A stretch of 63,457 nt of DNA, the filler included, from Octopus bimaculoides (lineage: Eukaryota), in assembly GCF_001194135.2 (NCBI RefSeq). It is 6 parts of 4 records of this genome, joined end to end, with 100 filler letters (N's around TTAATTAATTAA, not from the genome) between each part and the next. Parts side by side here need not be neighbours in the genome. Positions count along the whole stretch, not along the records: positions 47,476 to 53,646 come from NC_068993.1; positions 53,747 to 59,626 come from NC_068987.1; positions 59,727 to 63,457 come from NC_068987.1; 3 more parts are not named here. One strand, 5' to 3'. Positions within the stretch are counted from its first letter, which is position 1. Every line of letters starts with the position of its first letter. Below the pieces are notes generated by a model. The model ran no database searches, was not told where the DNA came from, and worked only from the letters and a program-made list of their open reading frames with translations. This document shows, piece after piece, positions 53,221-63,457 of the stretch. The translations under genes were made by a program, and so were the position numbers.

Positions 53221-53690
53221 ACATACGCCATAGAAACCGGGAAACCGGGCCCATGAGCCTGGCAAGGCTTTGAAATGGCGAAAGGATTTTCTACGTACTT
53301 AAAACATTATCATCTGTTACACAAATCTACAGCTCAAGTCGTTGTTGTTATATATAATAGTAATTCGGTATAAGGTAGAGAGACAGAAGGTTGAATTCAT
53401 ACATACAAATGAAGACGGATTGGAAGGAAGAATAACATTCGGAGCAGTGGAAACAAGAGTATTGTGTGCGTGAATGTGGGTTCTAGAAATGCATAACTTT
53501 ATTTCATACACACACACGCGCATATATATATGTGTGTATGTAAGCCTTTGTGCGTATAAATATATATTCATATATGTGTCCATATATGTATTCATATGCA
53601 CACACACACACACACACATGTATATTTATGTAAGTATATATATATANNNNNNNNNNNNNNNNNNNNNNNNNNNNNNNNNNNNNNNNNNNN

Positions 53691-53702
53691 TTAATTAATT
53701 AA
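53691..53702. other. Artificial scaffold-join linker
   Basis: 44N-TTAATTAATTAA-44N. Confidence 0.95.
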
Positions 53703-53813
53703 NNNNNNNNNNNNNNNNNNNNNNNNNNNNNNNNNNNNNNNNNNNNCTGGGGTAGATGTAATCGACTAGTCTCCTCCCCGAAAATTTCAGGGCTTGTACC
53801 TTTAGTAGAAAGG

Positions 53814-53814
<1 letters not shown>

Positions 53815-53872
<58 letters not shown>

Positions 53873-53941
53873 TATCATTATTTTTATTATTATTATTATT
53901 ATTATTATTGTTGTTGTTGTTTTGGTTGTTGTTGTTGTTAT

Positions 53942-54017
<76 letters not shown>

Positions 54018-54082
54018 TCTACTACCACCACCACCACCACCACCACCACCACCACCACTACTACTACTACTATTATTATTAT
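53815..54082. repeat. Compound trinucleotide microsatellite (TTA-TTG-CTA-CTG-CCA-CTA-TTA)
   Basis: Directly visible in the sequence; it lies between two SINE 3' tails. Confidence 0.97.
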
Positions 54083-54084
54083 TT

Positions 54085-54290
54085 ACTCTTTACTCTTTTA
54101 CTTGTTTCAGTCATTTGTCTGCGGCCGTGCTGGTGCACCGTCTCTAGTCGAGCAAATCGACCCCAGGACTTATTCATTAGAAGCCTAGTACTTATTCTAT
54201 CGGTTCTTTTGCTGAACCGCTAAGTTACGGGGACGTAAACACACCAGCATCGGTTATCAAGCGATATTGGCAGGACAAATACAGACACAC
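54085..54290 (-). mobile_element. SINE family A, 3' half
   Basis: Conserved tail cttgtttcagtcattt..gtcgagcaaatcgaccccaggacttatt. Confidence 0.92.
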
Positions 54291-54312
54291 AAACATATAC
54301 ACACACATACAC

Positions 54313-54359
<47 letters not shown>

Positions 54360-55519
54360 NNNNNNNNNNNNNNNNNNNNNNNNNNNNNNNNNNNNNNNNN
54401 NNNNNNNNNNNNNNNNNNNNNNNNNNNNNNNNNNNNNNNNNNNNNNNNNNNNNNNNNNNNNNNNNNNNNNNNNNNNNNNNNNNNNNNNNNNNNNNNNNNN
54501 NNNNNNNNNNNNNNNNNNNNNNNNNNNNNNNNNNNNNNNNNNNNNNNNNNNNNNNNNNNNNNNNNNNNNNNNNNNNNNNNNNNNNNNNNNNNNNNNNNNN
54601 NNNNNNNNNNNNNNNNNNNNNNNNNNNNNNNNNNNNNNNNNNNNNNNNNNNNNNNNNNNNNNNNNNNNNNNNNNNNNNNNNNNNNNNNNNNNNNNNNNNN
54701 NNNNNNNNNNNNNNNNNNNNNNNNNNNNNNNNNNNNNNNNNNNNNNNNNNNNNNNNNNNNNNNNNNNNNNNNNNNNNNNNNNNNNNNNNNNNNNNNNNNN
54801 NNNNNNNNNNNNNNNNNNNNNNNNNNNNNNNNNNNNNNNNNNNNNNNNNNNNNNNNNNNNNNNNNNNNNNNNNNNNNNNNNNNNNNNNNNNNNNNNNNNN
54901 NNNNNNNNNNNNNNNNNNNNNNNNNNNNNNNNNNNNNNNNNNNNNNNNNNNNNNNNNNNNNNNNNNNNNNNNNNNNNNNNNNNNNNNNNNNNNNNNNNNN
55001 NNNNNNNNNNNNNNNNNNNNNNNNNNNNNNNNNNNNNNNNNNNNNNNNNNNNNNNNNNCCACCCCATCCCACCCCAAATTTTAGCCCAAAATAAGGGAGA
55101 AACAAATATCATGCAAACAAGATTTAGATGTAGTTTATAAACACACACCAGAAGAAATGAACTTTTCACGTGCAAGTGTATCCCGTACTATCACGCAAAC
55201 TGTTGGTTGTCTAAATTGTAAAAACAACAATAAAGATTCCCTTTTTTGCTTGCGTTGCCAGTAACAAGGGAATTTGAATGCGAATGGATTAAATGGGAAA
55301 AACGTGGCGTGGCACAAAGAAGTAACAAAATCAAATATTTCCTTGCTCAAGACTCTTTATCGGGAGTGAGAGAGAAGGAAAGTAATTTACCTCTGATTCA
55401 TAGATAAATGAGATAGTCTCCACTCAGCCTCAAAAGAATTTTTGAAAGAGGTACTGCCCGATTAGTGGAAGTGTGTGGTTTCCATTGACGACGGAAGAAG
55501 AAACAAAAGCGTATGACTA

Positions 55520-56290
55520 GACCACAAAATCGATAATGATGCGAATCAATATGAAGAGACACTGAGAAAAGCACCTGCGCATCGGCTGATATCATAATAA
55601 ATGGACCAGAGCAGCACAAGGTTGACAGTCAGGGGTATTGGCAATGACATTGATCTATGGTTTGTCGTCATCTTTATAGCGCAATATGGGCAGGTGGTAA
55701 GGCAACGAAGAATAAGATGTAGTCGAGGGGAATCAGTATGGACTTACGCGACCTATTGACTTACCAACAGCTGTGCCTCATCGTGAGTTCAGAAACAAAA
55801 GTGATGAAACCAGCTGTGCAGTGCATAAAGCCCAGCTGTTGCACTAGAAAAAAAACAACAAAAGTCATTTAAGCGTTTTCTGCCCTATGGAGCTATAAAG
55901 AGATAACAGTGCAACCATGAATAACAAAAGCTGGTCCTGAAAGGTGTGGTTCCAACAGCTCTGCCTGTTGAAGTTCTGGAAATGGAGAAAGAGAACGCCT
56001 CGTCTCCGGTCTCAGAAGCTGAAGAGGCTGAAGATCACTCCACCGATTTACAGTAGTCAGGCCAATAAGATGTTGGTGAAAACTTAATCAATGATTAAGT
56101 TTCACCATCATGATTTATCACACCAATATGATTTACCACAATTTAAAACAGCGACACCTAGAGGAGGTTGGTTAGATTTTACCATGGCCAATGCAGAAAA
56201 CGTTTATGGGCACCACTGAGTATACCCAATTCCACAATAATAAGTGTAAGTTGGGCAAAGTCATAGGGTGCTCTCATCTGAGGTAGCTTA
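55520..56290 (+). mobile_element. Possible very decayed R2/HERO-like RT remnant
   Basis: Only weak motifs: PAHRLI, RGIG..LWFVVI, KVWFQQLCLL. Confidence 0.25.
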
Positions 56291-56449
56291 TAGGTTCGTA
56301 TTTATGTGGATAGACGGGTTACTCGAAATAATGTTATGTTTTATTTCAATCATATCCTTTTTTTAACCATAGTTTTTATATAATTATTTATATATTTTGT
56401 GTTTATAATTTATAACAAATTTCTAAGATACACAACTATATATTGTAAC

Positions 56450-58700
56450 ATCTTTCTCCATCCCCTTATTTTTAAAATAATTTTCTTTTGTCCATCGCCA
56501 CGCGTTTATAACCCTTGTGCTTACGGTTTTTCTATAGTATGTATGAATTTGTCCTTGGTGGTAAATAAAGAAAGTGTAGCTGGAATAAAGAAATTCCTCC
56601 TGAAGATAAAAAACAGACAGACCGCTTCGGTAAACAACATAGGTGGCTTTTCCCAACTTTGCAGCCGCCAGCGTATCGAATTTACGAGTGAGTTGTACGA
56701 ATGCACACGACCTGGGGTTGTCGTAAAAACCATGACTCCTTTTGAACTATCTGAGATCAGTAAATCTCGATGTAGTAACCATCAGCTAGCCTAGAATTTC
56801 TGAGAGGAATGCATTCACTTTTCTTCTAGATGTCTACGTGGTCCACATCTCTTTTAGTCGGTCCGAATCTTTCTAGACCCAGAGGACAGGTAGATGGTCC
56901 TACTTGTGAGCAGTAGTAGAGATGGTAGTGCTTTATATTCCAGCAGGTTCTAGAAGGCCAACTTTCTTCAGACATCTGGAAGTTTTCACAGAAACACTTC
57001 GCCAATTAGTGTTAGAAGATGAGAGAAATTAAACTTTAGGTGTGAGTAGAGATTGTGTGAGAGTAGCCGATAGAAGAAAAGGGTATAGAAGCCTTCCAAA
57101 CTTGCTCAGGCGTTTCTGACAAGTATCGCCTGGATTTTCCAAACACACCTGAATTAACTTTCCGCGCATAATCCCGCTTCTATTTAGTTAACCAATAGAG
57201 ATAAACTAAGCTGTTCGTAGTTACGGGGCTACAAGGACATCAAATTTTTAATATGTGCAGTCAACTTAAAAAGTAGGATCTTGAGTACCGGTAACTAAAT
57301 ACAGAATTTCAGGGATTAATGTAACGAATTAGTTCAGCAAGTATTGATGGGCTCATATACGAAAAATCATTTGCGGGTGCCACTAAAAAGGAAAACTAAA
57401 ATAGTAAAACCGTGTGTTAGTTTTAGCAAAAGTGATAATTGAGAACAATGGATTAAAGAAGGAGTTAGTAGATTAGTAAAGGCGATTAGAAAAGGCATCA
57501 TTTACGATTTGCTCACATATTTACGAAACACGAAGGTTACGCCGAAAAAAAAAATGAAGGAGCGAACGCCATTAAACAAAAAATGGTTGGTAGATGTATA
57601 GCATGGTTACAAAGCCACACTTTGATCTTTACCGGACTCTAGCGTTCGCGTACTATCCGATTCCAAGCATTTGACTAGTGAAGGTGTTAACTGAGAGGTT
57701 AGTGTTTGTCCTTAGTAATATCCTGAAAGATCAGTCCAAGACAGAATCCATCACGTACTGCGATGCATGAGCTAACGATAGATTTTCTATGTCGTCAAAT
57801 AATCTGCTAGAATGGATAGCTACACCTTCCTCAATTTACTCCTAGATATTTTCAAAAAGAAAAGGAGGCGTTACTTAATGTAGTCCTGCGTGCATTCAAA
57901 GGTTGGATAGTCGTGGTTGAAACACTTTGGTCAAGGACTATTCAGTTACAACAGCATTGTACAGAATGGGAGGGTGGGGTCATAGATCTGATCCATTCGG
58001 ATCTACAGCATTGGTCTTACGGTTGGATACTTTTGATCAGAAATTCAAATTTTCTGATGCCGAAGACAATAACATTGCTTTTACGAAACTTCTATTCGGC
58101 CAAACTCCACAGGTGGGTGACAGGAATTTAGATCTGGAGTGGATCTGGCTTACGTAAGAAGTGTTGTTGACCATTGTGGAGAGAGAGGTGGGGGAACGGT
58201 TGGGGACGCAAGGAGAGAGGGAGAGAGAAGAAAGAAAGGGAGAGAAAGGAAGAGACAGAGAGTCAAGCTATTGAAGGATGTTATGATAGTTGTCTCCATA
58301 ACATTTGAAATATTGGAAGATTATTTAAAAAATAGACGATAGTTGGCAATGTCAGAAGAGTTGACTTTCTTCGGAAGAGAACACAATGTAGCACGTTACC
58401 GAAAACCAGGGCATATCTCTGTGAAGAACCAGAAAGATTGACCGCAGTTTTGAAGGCGGAATAGCTTGAGGGTTGTCTATTATTCTAAGGCACCCTTCGA
58501 GTTTTGGGTAGTTGTCTTGCAAGAGCTGCGTTGCTAGGTAATTTGCCATCCAGTTTTTGGAAAGTGAACGAGTTCCTCCAAAGGCTGTAAGCCATATGTT
58601 ATGCAGTCGCAAGGGAATAACTTAACTATTGTTTCATTTTGCTGATGGCGTCCATGAGTAATCTAGTCTCGAAACAATTTTATTTTATACTGAATCTATC
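56450..58700 (-). mobile_element. Second decayed CR1/Jockey-like LINE
   Basis: SLPKKVNSSDIANYR (RT N-terminus, ~58330-58385) and STRVINAW (3' FFxNRVVNAWN-like, ~56500); strongly degraded in between. Confidence 0.6.
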
Positions 58701-59399
58701 GAGAGTTGTCTCCCGTACATTTTAAAATTTGTCTTGCATTTTGTTAATTATAACGTCGTTATTTACAAGTTTCTTACAACTGACCAATTACTGGCTCCTT
58801 ATTGATAATGGTAATCAAGGATTGTCTGTGTGACTAGGGCAGAACAAATATATCTGATGAAATAATCTAATGTTAGTCATTTAGCTATCGCTTTTTCATT
58901 TTTTTCTTTTTACTTCCCACAAATGTATTTCAACTTTACATGTTTACAGCTATTCATTAAAGATGGCATTCCAGTGTTGCCGATGTCGTCGCTGTTGTTA
59001 TTGTTGTTGTTATTGTTGTTGTTGTTGCTGTTGGTCCTGGTGTGGTCGTTGGTGGTTGTAATGGTAGTCGTCGTTGTCGTCGTCATCGTGGCGGCATTGC
59101 TGGTGGTGATGATGATGATCATGATGGTGAAGTCGTTTCGAAATGATTTCAATTTTCAAATGTTGTCATCTTTAGAACTTTGATTTCCTGTCGTTAAAGT
59201 TGTTCATGTTGTCGCTGTTATTTACTTTCATACAAATGACATAGAACAAACCTTCACTCCCCATCCCCAGCCACAGGGCTGTGAATTCTTTGGTACCGGG
59301 CCGCACAATAAGAATAATTCTTAAAACTTTAGTTTTATCTTTATTGAATATTACAGTTTGCTGGGTGATCTTGTATAATATATGGATTATATCTTTTAA

Positions 59400-59584
59400 T
59401 TTTTATTCTCTTACTTGTTTCAGGCATTAGACTGCGGCCATGCTGGTGTACCACCTTCAAGAATTTTTAGTCGAATGAATCGACCCCAAATCTTATTTAT
59501 TTTGATAAGCCTGGTTCTTATTCTATTGGTTGTCACCGGTTGTCAAGCGCTGTGCGGAGGACAAACACAGACACAAAGACACCC

Positions 59585-59585
<1 letters not shown>
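59400..59585 (-). mobile_element. SINE family A, 3' half
   Basis: cttgtttcag..gactgcggccatgctgg..gtcgaatgaatcgacccc. Confidence 0.85.
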
Positions 59586-59626
<41 letters not shown>

Positions 59627-59670
59627 NNNNNNNNNNNNNNNNNNNNNNNNNNNNNNNNNNNNNNNNNNNN

Positions 59671-59682
59671 TTAATTAATTAA
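59671..59682. other. Artificial scaffold-join linker
   Basis: 44N-TTAATTAATTAA-44N. Confidence 0.95.
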
Positions 59683-59761
59683 NNNNNNNNNNNNNNNNNN
59701 NNNNNNNNNNNNNNNNNNNNNNNNNNCCGTCAAATGGTGGATGAACTCAGCAGAGTCAATA

Positions 59762-59985
59762 GGGCGGCGAGCTGGCAGAAAAGTTAGCACGCCGGGCGAA
59801 ATGCTTAGCGGTATTTCGTCTGCCGTTACGTTCTGAGTTCAAATTCCGCCGAATCGACTTTGCCTTTCATCCTTTCGGGGTCGATAAATTAAGTACCAGT
59901 TACGCACTAGGGTCGATGTAATTGACTTAATCCCTTTGTCTGTCCCCTCTATGTTTAGCTCCTTGTGGGCAATAAAGAAATAAGG
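59762..59985 (+). mobile_element. SINE family B, full-length
   Basis: ggcggcgagctggcagaa..gagttcaaattccgccg..gggcaataaagaaataag. Confidence 0.93.
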
Positions 59986-60065
59986 AGAGTCAATAGCCAT
60001 TTAATTTAAGTTATCGGCTGAGAGGGTCCCCTACTGACGTCACAGCATCCTTCAAGAAGAGAGAC

Positions 60066-60232
60066 ATGTTCTGAGTTCAAATTACGCCGAGGTCGACTTT
60101 GCCTTTCATCCTTTCGGGGTCGATTAAATAAGTACCAGTTACGCACTTGTGTCGATATAATCGACTTAATCCGTTTGTCTGTCCTTGTTTGTCCCCTCTG
60201 TGTGTAGCCCCTTGTAGGGATAAAGAAATTAG
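60066..60232 (+). mobile_element. SINE family B, 5'-truncated copy
   Basis: gttctgagttcaaattacgccgaggtcgactttgcctttcatcctttcgggg..ataaagaaatt. Confidence 0.92.
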
Positions 60233-61066
60233 AAGAGGGACACTTTAATGTAAAAGCCGTGGTCATCTCGCTTCGGTCTGTAACTAGTTACTAATCACGG
60301 ACGTAGAGACTCGCACTCGTGTTGTGCTGATCTCGCTTGTCATTCCATCTATTGAAAAGTCTTGTGACGATGGAAGAGAGGTGATGCATGCAGACCTAAC
60401 TAGTTGTAAGCGCGCAGTAATGCAGATCTGTAGGAGGGCTGAATAATCAATCATCTAAGAGGTCATGGACGAAAAGTCAGAAATGCCGTTGACGATGGGA
60501 AAGCACAAAGAAACGGCAATCGTCTGTGAACATGTAGCAATCAACATGTATGGATGAGATGAGGAAAGGAAACGTGTGAAACAGCCACATTAAACATCTC
60601 ATGTGGATATGTGATATAAACACGTCTTTCCACACACACTGACCACAATTGTCTGCTTATAAATACCACATGCAGACGTACTATCATTGACACACGCACA
60701 TGTGGTATATTTACATATTTACACACATTCAGTAGTTTTATACACACACACACACACACATACACACACAATCGCGCGCGCACGCACACATACTGGTCTG
60801 CTAATTTATACGTGTTGATATATGAACAGAAATATGAATGATAAATGGATGCGTATGGACGTGTATATATCGATCTTTTTTTATTTGTCTGTGTATATAT
60901 CTATTTGTCTGTGTTTACATATTTGCTTCTCTCTCTTTCTCTCACTCTCTATATATGTATGTATATAAATGTATACACACATATACATACACACAAATAC
61001 GCACGCACACACATACATCTGTTTGTTGTTTACACACCCGTCTTCGTTTGTTTTTTTTGTAAATTC

Positions 61067-61105
<39 letters not shown>

Positions 61106-61469
61106 TGTCGTTTTACCTATGTTTGCCACTGTCAACTGCTTCACAACCAGTGTTGGTTTGTTTACGTTTTATTAACTTAGCGTTTCAATGAAAAAGACCG
61201 ATATGGTTAAGTACCAGACTTAACAAAAATCAAAATAAAAAAGAAACAAAGACAAATCGTAAATACTGGGATTGGTCTGATCGAGTAAAAAAAAAACTTT
61301 CCAAATAACTGAAACAAATAAAAAGTAAAAAAATATATATACATCATGCAACACTATGTAATCTCCTCATTTCATGACACTTCTCCGATCCCCTTCGTAT
61401 TCGGCACATCCTCTATCACATGTTGCTTTCATATGTTCTCTATATTATCTGGTATCATTAATCAATCAA

Positions 61470-61683
61470 AGCAGTGAGCTGGTAGAATCGTTAGGTCGCC
61501 GGACAAAATGCTTAGCGGCATTTCGTCCGTCTTCATGTTCTAAGTTCAAATTCCGCCGTGATCGACTTAGCCGTTTATCCTACCGGACTCGATAAAATAA
61601 GTACCAGCTGAATACTGGTGTCAATGTAACTGACTTACGCACTTCCCCGAAATTGCTGGCCTTGTGCCAAAATTTGAAACCGT
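61470..61683 (+). mobile_element. SINE family B variant with a different 3' tail
   Basis: Family B head and body followed by ccccgaaattgctggccttgtgccaaaatttgaaacc. Confidence 0.82.
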
Positions 61684-62180
61684 TATTAATTAAACTATTA
61701 TAAACAATTACAAACAATTACAACAGATATAATAATTATTTGTACAACTAAAAATTTGCTCCTGTATTTATGAATTTACTTGGCTTACTTACTTTAATTA
61801 TTAATTATTCATTTCGTTAATCATTTGTTTGATCAGCTGTTTAATTAGTTATTTACTTAGTCACTATGCATTTTCAGAATTTTTCTGGAACACCCACTCT
61901 TAGCGACCCCCTTCCGATAAGTAATTCCCTCAAATAACACACACACACACACTGTATATAAACAAATAACAACAGCTGGATTGTGGTTCACTCACAATAG
62001 CTGTTTCAGATTTGTTTTTTTGTGCATGAATAGACTTATTACATCATGCGAAAAGAACCGTTCTCATCAGGTGAATATATGTACGAATTAATAATTTCAA
62101 AACATCTTAAACTCAAAACCAAGTGCCATTTCATGACTTTCCGACGAAATTCGCTCAGAGAGTGTTTACACAATAACTAT

Positions 62181-62546
62181 GGAGGCGCAATGGCCCAGTG
62201 ATTAGGGCAGCGGACTCGCGGTCGTAGGATCGCGGTTTCGACTCCCAAACCGGGCGTTGTGGGTGTTTATTGAGCGAAAACACCTAAAGCTCCCCGAAGC
62301 TCCGGCAGGATGTGATGGCGAACCCTGCTGCACTCTTTCACCACAACTTTCTCTCTCTCTCTTTCTTCATGTTTCTGTTGTACCTGTATTTCAAAGGGCC
62401 AACCTTATCAGACTGTCACGCTGAATCTCCCCGAGGGTACACTTGTCTGTGGAGTGCTCAGCCACTTGCACAGTAATTTTACGAACAGGCCGTTCCGTTG
62501 ATTTGATCAACTAGAACCCTCGTCGTCGTAACCGACGGAGTGCCAC
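62181..62546 (+). mobile_element. SINE family C, full-length
   Basis: ggaggcgcaatggcccagtg..ggtttcgactccc head, ending ccgacggagtgcca. Confidence 0.9.
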
Positions 62547-62791
62547 GATAATAAATATAATCGTATATTATTTATATGATAATACATGCTTCATTTAAAG
62601 CAACTAAACCTAAACAATACACCGAAAAAAGATGGGCCGAATCACTGGGAATTGAACACGACATCAATACTTACACGGCTCTATACGCATCCAGTCCAGC
62701 CATATAAAACTGAGTATCAGCGGGTACTGGAGTGAATTGGTGACCATGAACCCTGCAAAGGAAATATTATGATCTCGATCACTTACTTAGT

Positions 62792-63116
62792 TACATGCAT
62801 ACATACATACATACATACATACATACATACATACATACATACATACATACATACATACATACATGCATGCATACATACATACATAATACATACATACATA
62901 CATGAATACATACATACATACATACATACATACATACATACATGCATGCATACATACATACATAATACATACATACATACATGAATACATACATACATAC
63001 ATACATACATACATACATGCATGCATACATACATACATAATACATACATACATACATGAATACATACATACATACATACATACATGCATGCATGCATGCA
63101 TGCATACATACATACA
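62792..63116 (+). repeat. (CATA)n satellite with a ~75-79-bp higher-order unit
   Basis: The variant markers catgcatg / ataata / gaata recur in the same order three times. Confidence 0.9.
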
Positions 63117-63119
63117 TTT

Positions 63120-63315
63120 TATCTTTTACTTGTTTGTCATTTGACTGCGGTGATGCTGGAGCACTTCCTTTAGTCGAAGAAATCGTCCTAAGCACTTATT
63201 CTTTGTAAGCCTAGTACTTATTCTATCGGTTTCGTTTGCCGATCCGCTAAGTTACGAGGACGTAAGCACACAAACATCGGTTGTCAAGCGATGGTGGGGG
63301 GACAAACAGACACAC
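63120..63315 (-). mobile_element. SINE family A, 3' half
   Basis: cttgtttgtcatttgactgcgg..cttattctttgtaagcctagtacttattctatcgg. Confidence 0.9.
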
Positions 63316-63457
63316 ACACAAAGATATATATATATATATATAAATTTTTTTCAGAATGAGATAAAAAAAACCAAGGCTGTGAAGATTTTAGAACATTTAT
63401 AAATAGGTCTTACAGCTGTTTCCAGGATATTTATTTTATCCCTTCATCGGAGAGATA

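Noticed and set aside
58910-59183. Poly-His/Gln/Asn coding exon
   Set aside because: Mixed trinucleotide repeat bounded by stops, with no splice support.

Overview
AT-rich, microsatellite-dense animal genomic DNA. The tRNA-derived SINE families and (TA/CA/CATA)n load resemble Octopus, but the organism is an inference. There are many N gaps and five artificial 100-bp joins (44N + TTAATTAATTAA + 44N), so the window is at least six joined pieces. No intact protein-coding gene, true tRNA/rRNA or CRISPR array can be supported. The window is mostly decayed mobile elements: mariner and maT-type Tc1/mariner, a Ty3/Gypsy LTR plus gag, an R4/Dong-like LINE, two CR1/Jockey-like LINEs, an RTE LINE, Penelope-like GIY-YIG elements, piggyBac, Helitron pieces and about 18 SINE copies. 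The most notable non-routine signals are: (1) a heavily decayed, apparently intronless Methuselah/adhesion-type 7TM receptor on the minus strand (~14.9-17.6 kb) with an unusually long tail that may hold a SEFIR/TIR-like remnant; (2) several fold-back structures, including a perfect 45-bp-stem hairpin inside a Helitron helicase remnant and an inverted Penelope pair carrying a template-switch micro-hairpin; (3) hammerhead-like motifs in Penelope-type terminal repeats. All protein-family calls are by-eye motif matches, not database results.
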